Sequence record: MW373745.1
DNA length: 64,000 bases
Direction: 5' to 3' (one strand)
Below are positions 27,802 through 38,164 of the stretch, in pieces. Positions within the stretch are counted from its first letter, which is position 1, and each line of letters opens with the position of its first letter. The position numbers and the translations under genes were made by a program. The notes beneath the pieces are model-generated. The model did not search any database. It saw nothing but the letters and a program-made list of their open reading frames with translations, and was not told the origin of the DNA.

Positions 27802-30800
27802 ATGGACAGCACAGATAATTCTAAAGTTACAAGTATTGAAACAAATCAATATATAAAAAATCCAAAATATACTACAAAGGAAGCTATTGATAAATTTGTT
27901 CACCTATTGATCCTGGGTAGATACACTGAAAAAGATTTATCAGATGCTTTGAACTATTGCTTAATACGTAGTACAGAAAGTTTTGACAGCATAGATTCTA
28001 TAAAAAAAGCTATAGAAGAACTTAAGAAAGATTCAGAAGCTTTTAAAATATTCATAGATAATACAAATAAACTTTTAGATGCTATCCAAGATATTAATAA
28101 AGAACAAACTGCTGAAATTGATAAAATTAATGAATTCTTAAAAACAGCAGTAACTTTAGATACTGAACAGACTATTGTAGGAACTAAAACATTTAATAAG
28201 ATTTATGTTCCAAATCCTACAGAATCTAAACAAGCTGCTAACGCTCAGTATGTTATAGATTATGTTAAAGATCAATTAAGTAAAACTATTGGAGATTTAA
28301 ATAATTTAAAAACTGAATCTAAAGATTTAATTATTAATGCTATTAACGAAGTTCTTGACAATTTAAATGCTTATAAAGAAACTATAAATGAAACTGCTAT
28401 TAATCAAATGATTGATACTAAGTTAAATCCATTAATAGAAAGAATCACGACAATTGAATCTACTGCGGATTACACCAAAGAATTAGCAGAAGCTAATAAG
28501 CAAGCTATTGAAGATTTAAATACAAAAGTAGTTGATAATACTAGTGATATAACGGATATCAATAGAAGACTTGAAGAAGCTGTTTTCTATAGTAAAATTG
28601 ATGATACTCGCAAAACTATACAACTTAAAAATTATGATAGCATTTCCGGTGTTAGTACTACTGGTGAAGGTATCAATATTGCTATGGTTTCTAAATGGGA
28701 TAAAGTAGATTTAGGATCTACCCAAATTCCTATTAACTTAAATGGGTCAGAAACCAGACCAACTTATAACGATTCTAAAGAAATAGCTTTAATGGATGAT
28801 GTTAAGTTGAAAGCAGATGCTAGCAATGTTTATAATAAATCTGAAATTGATACTAAATTAGATACTAAAGCAGATTCAAATACAGTTTATAATAAAGAAG
28901 ATTCTGACGCTAGATTTGTTAGTTTAACTGAGAATCAAAACATTCAAGGCAATAAAGTTATAGAAGGTATTTGGGAATTTAATGGAATATTGTCTAAACC
29001 AAAACAATTAGCAACTACCGAATATGTGGTAAATTATGCTAAAACATATGCTAACCAAAAAGTCGGAGATTTGGCAAGTCTTAAAACAGAAGCTAAAGAT
29101 ACAGCAGTGTCTGCTATCAACGAATTATTTGATAAGATTGAATCTGGTAATACAGATGAGCCAGTTGATACTTATACAAAACAAGAAATAGATGCTAAAT
29201 TAGAAACTAAAGCAGATGTTGACAATGTTTATAATAAATCTGAAATTGATTCAAAACTTGATCTTAAAGCAGACGCTGGCAGTGTCTATAACAAATCAGA
29301 GATTGATCATAAATTTGAAAACATAACTATTGATGATATTAATTATGCGAAGTTAGGTGAGGAAAATACTTTTATTCAAGAACAAAACATAAAACAAGTA
29401 AATATAAGTGATGAACCTACACTAGATACCCATGTAATTACTTTAAAATATTTTAAAGATAATTCTAGTGGTGGTATTTCTCCAGCTGATTATGTAACCA
29501 AGACTGAATTTACAAGTGGTATTAATAACAAAGCTGATAAAAATCATACACACGTTGTAGCTGATATAACAGATTTAAATTTAGATAGACTTGCTACAAA
29601 AGAAGAAACATATACTAAACAAGAAATAGATAATAAAATAGATGCAATAGTACCACCTGAAATTGACTTAACTCATTATGCAAAGAAAGATGCAGCTAAT
29701 ATTTTTACAAAAGCTAATACTTTTACAGAAGCACCTTCGGTAGAAGTAGATGCAACACTAGATAATCACGTTATTAGAAAAAAACAATTTGACAATAGCA
29801 TAAAAGAAATAAATGATAAAGTTAAATCTGTTGTTGGTGATTTAAATTCATTAAATAATGAAGTTTCTAAAGATAATTTAGTTAATGCTATAAATAGTGT
29901 GGATGATAAGTTCAAAACAACGGCTAAAACTAATGAATCAAATACATTTACAGGGGATCAAACTTATTTAGACAATATTTTACTAGAATCTGTTCCTTCT
30001 GAAAGAAATCACGCAGTTAATTTGGGATATATTTTAGACAATCCTGGAGGTATAAAACTCCCTGATCATACAGCACTTACACAGAATTCTGTTACAGAAA
30101 TAACTTTTGGATATGCAAATCCAGTATCATATTCTGCACAAACATTAAAAAATGTATTCTTAAAAGACATTATAGGTAATGATTATAAAGCTATTATGGC
30201 AGATAATAAGTCTTTTACAGTAAGCCCTTCAGAAGAAACAGTTGTAATATTATCTAGAGTAGATTATTTAAACAATATAGATTTTAAGTTTGATATTACT
30301 AAAACTTCAGAGCAACTTAAAGAGTATGAGCTTAAAGAAGGTGAAGTAAGAGTTATATTATCTTATGATACTGTTTCTGTTTATAGTAACGGTTACGGAT
30401 ATGGAGCTATGTTTTCTAGAAACGCTAATAAAAAAGACGGAGATTTAATATATGATTATTATTTTGGAAGTCAAAATGATATAACAAATAATAGAAAAGT
30501 ATCTATAAAAATAGATAAACTTGGCATTAATACTCCGGATATTGTAAGTATATCTATGACCACAAATGGTTCAGAAAAACTTACAGTTAAAACTGATGAA
30601 CTAAATCCTATAGAAAACATTTATGATTCTGCAGATATGACTTATATTCATACTCCTGTAAGCAAAACTGTAGGAGATGTTCTGTATAGTAATATATCTC
30701 AAGCAATCAAATCAATACATTTATTAGAAAATAATATATGTTCTTTAAAGCCTGCAGATATGGAATTACAACTTGTAAGACTTAAAGAATTTAAACAAAC

Positions 30801-33072
30801 AATAAATAATATATTGCAATCTATGTTTGATGAGAGCCCTGTAACTCTAAAAAATGGAGATTACATAGATGTTTCATTTAGTGGTAGTGCAAGCTATGGA
30901 ACAGGATATTGTGGGTATGTTAATATAAAAGATACTATAAGAGATATTACATATAAAGCTTATAAAGTATCTTCAAATGCTTTTAATACAACTAGTGGAA
31001 CTAAAGTTATTGCAGTTCTCACTTCTGATAATAGTAAAACAAATGTAACTTATTCTGATAGTGTATCAACATTAGAATCTTATGAAGTAGCAGAAAATGA
31101 GATATTATTAGAAATATCATTTTCAACTGCTAAGCAATATTCTGCTGAATACGGGTATGGAGCTATGTTAGAATATTGGGGTTCTGTATCTGATTTATGT
31201 TATGATTATTATATGGGTTCAAACCTAGATATGAACTGTCCATTTAAAATAACACTACTAAAGATAGGAAGCTCTGTTAAAGCAGATACTATACAAATAG
31301 GAGCACCTTCGTATTGGGCTAGTTCGTTAGTAATACACTTAAGAAAAAATACAGGAAAAATTATAGACTTTCTAGTTTCAACTGGTAGAAAAGTAATAGG
31401 TAGAGACGGAACTGAGAGTGGTTCTGTATATGATATAGTAGATAAAGCTTTAAAACCTTTAAAAGTATTAACATCTGATGCTCATCAAGAAATAAATGGT
31501 GTAACTAGATTTAATAACAAAGCTTATTTAAACATAGATAGTAATAAAATTACAGATGATAAGCAGATTATAAATAAAGAATATCTTGATGGAAGTATAA
31601 AGACTACAACTAAAGATATCATAAATGAAACTCCTATAATACCTTTTACAAATATTGAAGGTAAGAATACTAAAAATATAAGACTTAAAATATATGCAAA
31701 AACTGATAGCTCTAGTTACTCCACTGGAGATACAGTTGTAGTAAGTAATCTTAAAGTTAAGCTTAAAGGAGATACTGAGTTTCTTAAACCTGTTGGAGTT
31801 GAAGTTACTGACAGAAGTAATCAAAAAGTAGGATTAAACTTAACAGGAGATGACACTGTATATAAAGATGATATTGCTATTACAGAAACAAAACCTTCAG
31901 GATTTAATATCTCAAGTATTGATTTATCTAGTGGTAGTAATGCTGTAGCTACAGTAAAAACAAATGGTGTATACGATTATAGTGGAGTATATGAGATTTG
32001 TAATCCTTTCAGAGAGTATAATAAAAAATATTGCGTATTTTTAAGTTCTGATGGATTAAAAAATCCTTACTATCAAGTAACTTTAGAAAGCTCTAAAGAA
32101 GTAGAAAATATACAATTACAATTATATGGAACAAGTGCTACCAATCCTTTATTATACTCTAAAGAATGTATAATAGAAATATACACTGATGATACACTTA
32201 TAAGGTCGTTTAATATAAAAAATAAAAACGATAATACAAATAAACCTATTAATATTAAACTAGATTTTAAAGATGGAGTTTCTTTAATTCCTATAGAAGA
32301 GGCTGTATATAATTTAAAAAATATTATAGATAATAACTCATCTATTTTATCTGGAAATGGAAAACCTTCATTTTCACTAAACCCTAATAAAATAGGCTCT
32401 CTATACTCTGATACAACAAATAAAGCTGTATATATGTGTATAGACAATACTTTTGGTGCTAATAAATGGGTGAATATAGTAACAGGTGATGAAATTAAAC
32501 CAAACCTTAGAAAAATAGAAATCACTTGTAATGTAAACTTAAGAAGTGGATATTATGGCGGTTGTATGAGCGGTGTTAAAATAGGATTTGATAACGGGTA
32601 TGCTTCTACAAAACAAATAGTTAAAGGATTAAATAATGGTCAGATATTATGGTCATTAGACGGTTTAGGTAATCTAGCTAGTTATTCTGAAGTAGGTTCT
32701 TTATCTCCTAGTGGTAATGATATCAAAGGTGATGTTACTACTACTGGAATATATAACGACCCTTCATATCATTGTGTTACTAATATATTCAAAGAGTATC
32801 TTGGAAATGCTGACCAGTGTTCATTATGGTCTGACGCTAGCACTAAACAATTAAAAATAACATTAATATCTGAAAAAGTCCCTAATAAAATTACTTATGT
32901 AGGTAACGGACATTATGGTCAGACTTCTGTATCTGATGTAAAAGCTATATGGTATTATGTAAATGATGACGGTATGAAAGTAGAAGAGTCTGTAGATAAT
33001 GAACTTGAAGTTAGTGTTAATAGTTCAGAAACAAACGATAGTTCTTATATATATGCGTTCAATATAAATTAG
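27802..33072 (+). CDS. large tail fibre / receptor-binding-like protein
   Basis: 1756 aa; repeats KADxxxVYNKSEID, GDLxxLxxExKDxxxxAINE and AKxxxxNxF; duplicated YGYGAM..YDYYxGS domain. Confidence 0.7.
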   Translation: MDSTDNSKVTSIETNQYIKNPKYTTKEAIDKFVHLLILGRYTEKDLSDALNYCLIRSTESFDSIDSIKKAIEELKKDSEAFKIFIDNTNKLLDAIQDINKEQTAEIDKINEFLKTAVTLDTEQTIVGTKTFNKIYVPNPTESKQAANAQYVIDYVKDQLSKTIGDLNNLKTESKDLIINAINEVLDNLNAYKETINETAINQMIDTKLNPLIERITTIESTADYTKELAEANKQAIEDLNTKVVDNTSDITDINRRLEEAVFYSKIDDTRKTIQLKNYDSISGVSTTGEGINIAMVSKWDKVDLGSTQIPINLNGSETRPTYNDSKEIALMDDVKLKADASNVYNKSEIDTKLDTKADSNTVYNKEDSDARFVSLTENQNIQGNKVIEGIWEFNGILSKPKQLATTEYVVNYAKTYANQKVGDLASLKTEAKDTAVSAINELFDKIESGNTDEPVDTYTKQEIDAKLETKADVDNVYNKSEIDSKLDLKADAGSVYNKSEIDHKFENITIDDINYAKLGEENTFIQEQNIKQVNISDEPTLDTHVITLKYFKDNSSGGISPADYVTKTEFTSGINNKADKNHTHVVADITDLNLDRLATKEETYTKQEIDNKIDAIVPPEIDLTHYAKKDAANIFTKANTFTEAPSVEVDATLDNHVIRKKQFDNSIKEINDKVKSVVGDLNSLNNEVSKDNLVNAINSVDDKFKTTAKTNESNTFTGDQTYLDNILLESVPSERNHAVNLGYILDNPGGIKLPDHTALTQNSVTEITFGYANPVSYSAQTLKNVFLKDIIGNDYKAIMADNKSFTVSPSEETVVILSRVDYLNNIDFKFDITKTSEQLKEYELKEGEVRVILSYDTVSVYSNGYGYGAMFSRNANKKDGDLIYDYYFGSQNDITNNRKVSIKIDKLGINTPDIVSISMTTNGSEKLTVKTDELNPIENIYDSADMTYIHTPVSKTVGDVLYSNISQAIKSIHLLENNICSLKPADMELQLVRLKEFKQTINNILQSMFDESPVTLKNGDYIDVSFSGSASYGTGYCGYVNIKDTIRDITYKAYKVSSNAFNTTSGTKVIAVLTSDNSKTNVTYSDSVSTLESYEVAENEILLEISFSTAKQYSAEYGYGAMLEYWGSVSDLCYDYYMGSNLDMNCPFKITLLKIGSSVKADTIQIGAPSYWASSLVIHLRKNTGKIIDFLVSTGRKVIGRDGTESGSVYDIVDKALKPLKVLTSDAHQEINGVTRFNNKAYLNIDSNKITDDKQIINKEYLDGSIKTTTKDIINETPIIPFTNIEGKNTKNIRLKIYAKTDSSSYSTGDTVVVSNLKVKLKGDTEFLKPVGVEVTDRSNQKVGLNLTGDDTVYKDDIAITETKPSGFNISSIDLSSGSNAVATVKTNGVYDYSGVYEICNPFREYNKKYCVFLSSDGLKNPYYQVTLESSKEVENIQLQLYGTSATNPLLYSKECIIEIYTDDTLIRSFNIKNKNDNTNKPINIKLDFKDGVSLIPIEEAVYNLKNIIDNNSSILSGNGKPSFSLNPNKIGSLYSDTTNKAVYMCIDNTFGANKWVNIVTGDEIKPNLRKIEITCNVNLRSGYYGGCMSGVKIGFDNGYASTKQIVKGLNNGQILWSLDGLGNLASYSEVGSLSPSGNDIKGDVTTTGIYNDPSYHCVTNIFKEYLGNADQCSLWSDASTKQLKITLISEKVPNKITYVGNGHYGQTSVSDVKAIWYYVNDDGMKVEESVDNELEVSVNSSETNDSSYIYAFNIN

Positions 33073-33254
33073 ATATGTAAGGCTGTATTAATGATAGTGC
33101 CAACTAAAGACTTTTTAAAAGATATTATTTGGAAACATCATTATTATTTTTTGATTCATTTTATTAAAGAAAACAGAGATATTTATATTGTCTTTATAAT
33201 TATAAATAAAGTTCGATAAATATAATTGTAATTTTATATTTATAGGATTGTACA

Positions 33255-33347
33255 ATGATAGAACCAAAAAGAGAGCCTACACAAGAATTTTTTGTATGTT
33301 TATTAAAAGAACCTAGATGGGCTAGTATTGAAGCCGAGGATTCTTAA
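33255..33347 (+). CDS. 30-aa ORF coupled to the gp15 gene (TAATG overlap)
   Basis: AGGA RBS; MIEPKREPTQEFFVCLLKEPRWASIEAEDS*. Confidence 0.4.
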   Translation: MIEPKREPTQEFFVCLLKEPRWASIEAEDS

Positions 33348-34705
33348 TGGCTTTCTTTCATTTTAATACCCTAAGAAAATATACTGGAGCTTTGATACAT
33401 TTATTTTCTAATTTAGAAATACAAACTATTCAAAGTAATGGTAAACCATTGTATTCTATAGTTCCTATTCAGTATGCTAACAGGGAAAGATTTGATATTT
33501 ATAGTCAATTATCTTATAATCAAATGTTTAATGGTAATACTCAAGTTTTACCCAGAGGTATACTTTTGTTTACTGGTATGAATGCTAATATCAACAGAGC
33601 AAAAAATAAATTTGCTAAGATATATAGAAAATCACAAATAATTAAAGGTGAAACTAAAAAATTAAATTATCAATTCAATTCAGTTCCTTATGATTTTACT
33701 TATCAAGTAATTATACAATGTCGTGGAATGAATGAAGCTAGTATGATATTAGAACAAGTCGCTAGTTATTTTAATCCTAGTTATTGTTTAAGAATTAAAG
33801 AAGTAGATTTACCAGATTTTGGAGATACCTCTTGTATATTAGAATTAAACTCGACTAGTGTAGATCAAGAATCTATGGATGAATTAAGTACTAATATTGT
33901 AACTTGCACTTTTGATTTAACCTTAAGAGGTAATATATACCCAGCAATAAAAGAACAACATTTAATAGAATTAGTTCAATTGTTTATGAGTACTGATTTA
34001 CCAGAATCTACTGAAGCTAATCCAGTAGTCACGAGAGTTTATTCCGAAGGTTCTAAAGAAACAGAATCTGGTATTCAAACTTTTATAAATCAATACAAAG
34101 CGGTTATTAAGGATATAGAATTCAACCAAGATTATTTACTCTGTAAAATAGATTCTGAATGTGAGAAACTTATTAAATTTAAATTTAATTGGTGGGTCAA
34201 TGGCATCAAACAAGACAGCGAAATTGAAAAATTACATTATGCACCACGAGATGGTGATATTGTAAAAGTTCAAGCATTTACTGATATTGTTGAGAGTGAT
34301 ATCTTTGAAAAAGAATTCTATTCTGATGAACCAAGATATGATTTAATTATTAATGATTTAATTAGGGATGAAAAATTCTTAGAATGTGATTTTACTGACA
34401 GTAATCCATCAAATATTAAATATACATTTGAATGGTTTATAAACGGTGAAAAATTAGATTTAACACAACGAATTATTAAATATAAATCTAAAGTTAGCTT
34501 TGATTGTGAATGTATTATTAGAAGCTCTGATGGTAGAGAAGCTAAATATTTTAAACATTTTCATAATAATGAAATAATTTTTAAAGATTCTTTTAAAATA
34601 AAAGATTCTATGAAACTCGAGCTCAAAACAGAGTTGAAATCTATAGCCATTGGCTACAACGATTCAATGGGTTTCGATACTAATAATGATTCAAATGATA
34701 ATTAA
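33347..34705 (+). CDS. tail sheath stabilizer/terminator, T4 gp15-like, with C-terminal extension
   Basis: FHFNTLRKYT..LFS, VPIQYA, VPYDF, LEQVASYFNP; two W-x-x-NG repeats in the extension. Confidence 0.8.
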   Translation: MAFFHFNTLRKYTGALIHLFSNLEIQTIQSNGKPLYSIVPIQYANRERFDIYSQLSYNQMFNGNTQVLPRGILLFTGMNANINRAKNKFAKIYRKSQIIKGETKKLNYQFNSVPYDFTYQVIIQCRGMNEASMILEQVASYFNPSYCLRIKEVDLPDFGDTSCILELNSTSVDQESMDELSTNIVTCTFDLTLRGNIYPAIKEQHLIELVQLFMSTDLPESTEANPVVTRVYSEGSKETESGIQTFINQYKAVIKDIEFNQDYLLCKIDSECEKLIKFKFNWWVNGIKQDSEIEKLHYAPRDGDIVKVQAFTDIVESDIFEKEFYSDEPRYDLIINDLIRDEKFLECDFTDSNPSNIKYTFEWFINGEKLDLTQRIIKYKSKVSFDCECIIRSSDGREAKYFKHFHNNEIIFKDSFKIKDSMKLELKTELKSIAIGYNDSMGFDTNNDSNDN

Positions 34706-34713
34706 GGTTTAGA

Positions 34714-35466
34714 ATGGGTACTTTTTCATTTTCATTATCGGATATAAAGAAACAATTAGGTCCTGGTTTAGGAGTTAGATCAAATGCTTACTTACTAGAA
34801 GTTGCTGTAGTAGGTGCTGTTTCTAAAAAATTAGCAGTTCTTTGCCAAAGCACAGCATTACCTGAAAGAAATATTGGAACCACTGACATATTCTACAAAG
34901 GTAGAAAATATAAAATGCGTGGTGAAACAGACTTAAGTGGTACTTACACTATTAATATAACTGATGATTCTGAAATGAAACTTAGAAGAATGTTCGATAG
35001 CTGGATGAGAGAAGTAGATAATACCACACCTAAAGGGACTAATGCTTTAGCAGGCTTATTTGGTGGTGCTATGGGTGACTTAATGGAGGTAGCTAATGGA
35101 ACTTTGAAAGCGGTTAATGAAATTAAATCTGCTTGGGAGTTTGATGGTGGTGTTTCTTGGCTTAAAAATATGATTATGGGCAAGCCACTACCAGCAAATT
35201 ATCAAACAACCGTAAACATTTGGCAATTAACCAAAGTCAAAGAAAAACTATATGGGTATGCTTTGACTAATGCTTTTCCTATTGAAGTAGGTGCAGTAGA
35301 AGTTTCTGATGAAAATGAAAATCAGTTATCTATGTTTAGTGTAACTTTTGCATATTCAGATTTTGAACCTATTGAAGATAAAGGTGTAATTGGACAAATA
35401 GTTGATACTGTAATAGGCCAAGAAGGTCAAGAAATTGTACAAGGTGTTGAAAATCTATTGGATTAA
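34714..35466 (+). CDS. tail tube protein, T4 gp19/gp54-like
   Basis: CQSTALPERNIG, YKGRKYKMRG, FDSWM, NAFPIEVGAV, FSVTFAYS. Confidence 0.8.
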   Translation: MGTFSFSLSDIKKQLGPGLGVRSNAYLLEVAVVGAVSKKLAVLCQSTALPERNIGTTDIFYKGRKYKMRGETDLSGTYTINITDDSEMKLRRMFDSWMREVDNTTPKGTNALAGLFGGAMGDLMEVANGTLKAVNEIKSAWEFDGGVSWLKNMIMGKPLPANYQTTVNIWQLTKVKEKLYGYALTNAFPIEVGAVEVSDENENQLSMFSVTFAYSDFEPIEDKGVIGQIVDTVIGQEGQEIVQGVENLLD

Positions 35467-35673
35467 ATATTCTTTAGATTTAAAAATTTTTAAGTTTTAA
35501 TATTATATAATATGTGAAAAATTTAAATTTAAAAGATTTAACACTGTAGTGTAAATTATTAAAAATAACACTGTAGTGTTAATTATTGAATATACTAAAA
35601 CTGCTAAAATCACTAAAAATTTAAGAATATTTTAAGGATTAATACATTATAATAACATTGTAAAGGAGATCAA

Positions 35674-36180
35674 ATGGATATTTCAATTAAAGAAATACAA
35701 CCAAGTCCTGAACAATTGAAGCAATACAAAGCTCAAAGAATAACACAAAGAAAACGCATCGTAAAAGGTGGGTTTGAGCACGTTCTCGTAACTTCGGATT
35801 CTGACTTAGATGGTATTCATATAGGCGCTTTATTGATGGGGTTTATAGAAAGATTTAGGCCGGAATACAAAGGTAGATTTGGTCGGTTTAACACGCCTGT
35901 TAAAATGGTTTTAAAAGGCGAAACTCCTATTAAATGGACTTATGACATCACAGAAGAGTTACCGGTTAAATCCGGTGAAAATGCGAAGTATTTCAAAGGT
36001 TTAGGATCTTGGCAAAAAGAATTATTAGATTTTGTTATTAAGAAGGATGGATTAGAAAATATGATCGATGTCTATGATTTCGATAATATTAATATAATTA
36101 ATGACTTCTTAGGCTCTGAAGAGAGTGATAAAAGAAAGAATTATATTAGAAATCATTCTTTTAGTATAGCAAGTCTGTAA
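35674..36180 (+). CDS. type IIA topoisomerase small subunit, T4 gp60-like (Toprim C-terminal part)
   Basis: DSDLDG, TP, YFKGLGS, RKNYI; own promoter at 35630-35653. Confidence 0.85.
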   Translation: MDISIKEIQPSPEQLKQYKAQRITQRKRIVKGGFEHVLVTSDSDLDGIHIGALLMGFIERFRPEYKGRFGRFNTPVKMVLKGETPIKWTYDITEELPVKSGENAKYFKGLGSWQKELLDFVIKKDGLENMIDVYDFDNINIINDFLGSEESDKRKNYIRNHSFSIASL

Positions 36181-36353
36181 TTATTTGATTGTTTTACATT
36201 TTGGTGATTTAATTTGATTCTAAGTTTTAAACTTTAGTTTATAATTTAAAGTTTATAATATAATAGAATCAATATTAAATTAAGTTTTTTAATTTTTTAT
36301 AATTGGTTTTAATATAATAGATTAAAACTGATTAATTTTTTTAAAGGATATTT

Positions 36354-37283
36354 ATGGACATTAATTTTGATTGGAATTCAATGAATGCGGGAGCTAACCC
36401 ATTCGAATCTAAAAGTTATGAAAGTGATACTCGTTTTTATACCCTAGCAAAAGATGAAAATGGTAATGGTGCAGCTTTAATTAGATTCTTACCTAGTGAA
36501 GTTCACGAAAATGGCTCAATGAGTACCATTATGAAAGTATTCAAATACAATGTTAGATCTAAAACTTCTAAAAGATTTATAGCTGAGTGGAGTCCAAGTA
36601 CAATTGGTTTACCTGACCCAATTCAAGAAAAGTGGGCGTCTCTTTGGAATGCTGGCAAACAAGATGAAGCAAGAAGATATGCAAGGTCTACAAGATACAT
36701 TGCTAATATTAAAGTTATTAAAGATCCAAAAAACCCAGCAAATGAAGGTAAAATTTTCTTACTTGATATGTCACAAACACTTGGTGAGAAAATTAAATCT
36801 ATTTTAACACCAAATGAACAAGAATTAGCACTAGGTGCTGTTGCTAAAAATCTTTTTGATCCTATAAAAGGATTTAACTTTAAATTGATTGCAACTAAAG
36901 GTGCCAATGGGTTTATAGAATATTCAAAAAGTGATGCTGAAGCAAATCCAAGTGCAATTTATAATAGTGTAGAAGAAGCAGTAGCAGATATTAAAAATAA
37001 TGCTTATAAATTGTCAGATTGGCAAAAACCAGAAAGCTACAAATCTTACGAAGCATTAAAAGAATTGCTAGATGGTTTGGATACACCAGTAGAATCTAAC
37101 AATTTAGATTCAATGGTTCAAGCAGCGCCAGTAACAAGTTTTGCTGAACCGGAAGCACCAACAGTACGCATTAAAACAGCACCAGTACGCATTAAAACAG
37201 CACCAGATGCACCAGAAGCTAAAGCGCCAAGTGCTAACCAAGCAGATAATCTTGATGATTTGATGGCTGACTTATTAAAGTAA
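36354..37283 (+). CDS. single-stranded DNA-binding protein, T4 gp32-like
   Basis: KDENGNGAALIRFLP, YIANIKVIKDP..P.NEGKIFL, FDPIKG.NFKL, acidic LDDLMADL tail; 21-bp duplication at 37162-37203. Confidence 0.9.
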   Translation: MDINFDWNSMNAGANPFESKSYESDTRFYTLAKDENGNGAALIRFLPSEVHENGSMSTIMKVFKYNVRSKTSKRFIAEWSPSTIGLPDPIQEKWASLWNAGKQDEARRYARSTRYIANIKVIKDPKNPANEGKIFLLDMSQTLGEKIKSILTPNEQELALGAVAKNLFDPIKGFNFKLIATKGANGFIEYSKSDAEANPSAIYNSVEEAVADIKNNAYKLSDWQKPESYKSYEALKELLDGLDTPVESNNLDSMVQAAPVTSFAEPEAPTVRIKTAPVRIKTAPDAPEAKAPSANQADNLDDLMADLLK

Positions 37284-37323
37284 CTTATAGAAGCTCTGAT
37301 GGGCTTCTTCTCAAGGAAGAATT

Positions 37324-37596
37324 ATGATCGATATCGAAAACTTTAAACCACTTCAAGATTTTGTTCTAATAAAAACAGAACCTGTTAAATTTGAAACTGA
37401 ATCTGGCATCATTACAAAAATACAAAAATCAAATCTTTATGACCGACCAACCAAAGGTGTTGTAATTAAACAAGGGCCTAAATGTCAATATGATTTGGTT
37501 AATAAAACAGTTCAATGGGATATCACAAAAGGTCAAGATATTGAAGAAAATTATATTCTTTTGACTGAGGATTCAATACTAGGAATTATAGAGTAA
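37324..37596 (+). CDS. GroES-like co-chaperonin
   Basis: KPLQDFVLIK, TESGII, GVVIKQGP, ILLTEDSILGII. Confidence 0.85.
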   Translation: MIDIENFKPLQDFVLIKTEPVKFETESGIITKIQKSNLYDRPTKGVVIKQGPKCQYDLVNKTVQWDITKGQDIEENYILLTEDSILGIIE

Positions 37597-38046
37597 ATGA
37601 GAGCTCAGCTTTTTGAATTGCACCAAGAACTCAATATCAAGGATAATATAATCTTGTTACATTGTGATATGTTTCCTTATGCAGGAAAGAACATCATAAA
37701 TTTACGTATACAAGAACAAACTATGATTAATGTAGCAGCTGGTATTGCATATACTGGCAAACCAGTTATAATCTATGGAGTTCTTGGATTTGTTTTTCTT
37801 AAAGCTCTGGAGCAAATTAAGTTTAGTATATTAGATTTTAGTGCGAAATATGCTCCAATAATTATGTATAATGCTGGATATACTGGGTGTTATGAAATGT
37901 ATGGCAAAGGCCACATTTTCAAAGAAGAATTAGATCTTTGTAAAGTTTATAATATTGAATATTTCAAACCTAATAAAGAAAATTTTAAAGGTTTGATAAA
38001 AGATTGTTTAAAAACAAATGGTTTCAAATATATTTTGATATATTAA
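37597..38046 (+). CDS. transketolase-like pyrimidine-binding domain protein
   Basis: IQEQTMINVAAGIAYTGKPV, KALEQIK, GH...E. Confidence 0.75.
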   Translation: MRAQLFELHQELNIKDNIILLHCDMFPYAGKNIINLRIQEQTMINVAAGIAYTGKPVIIYGVLGFVFLKALEQIKFSILDFSAKYAPIIMYNAGYTGCYEMYGKGHIFKEELDLCKVYNIEYFKPNKENFKGLIKDCLKTNGFKYILIY

Positions 38047-38135
38047 ATCATTAAGCTTTTAAGCTTTAGCTTATAGTTATTAAACATTTTAAGCTTTAGC
38101 TTTATTTTTTAAAACTTTTATAGCTTTAAATTAAA

Positions 38136-38143
38136 AATAAATA
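38136..38143 (+). promoter_or_regulatory. late-type promoter AATAAATA
   Basis: 21 nt before ATG38165; the same octamer precedes known structural genes. Confidence 0.5.
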
Positions 38144-38164
38144 ATTTAAAACTCAGGAATTTTA

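Noticed and set aside
33091-33219. 42-aa ORF after the tail fibre gene
   Set aside because: No convincing RBS, and AT-rich composition makes a chance ORF likely.
35800-35830. T4 gene 60-type translational bypass
   Set aside because: The frame is continuous through DG-IHI, with no stop codon or coding gap.
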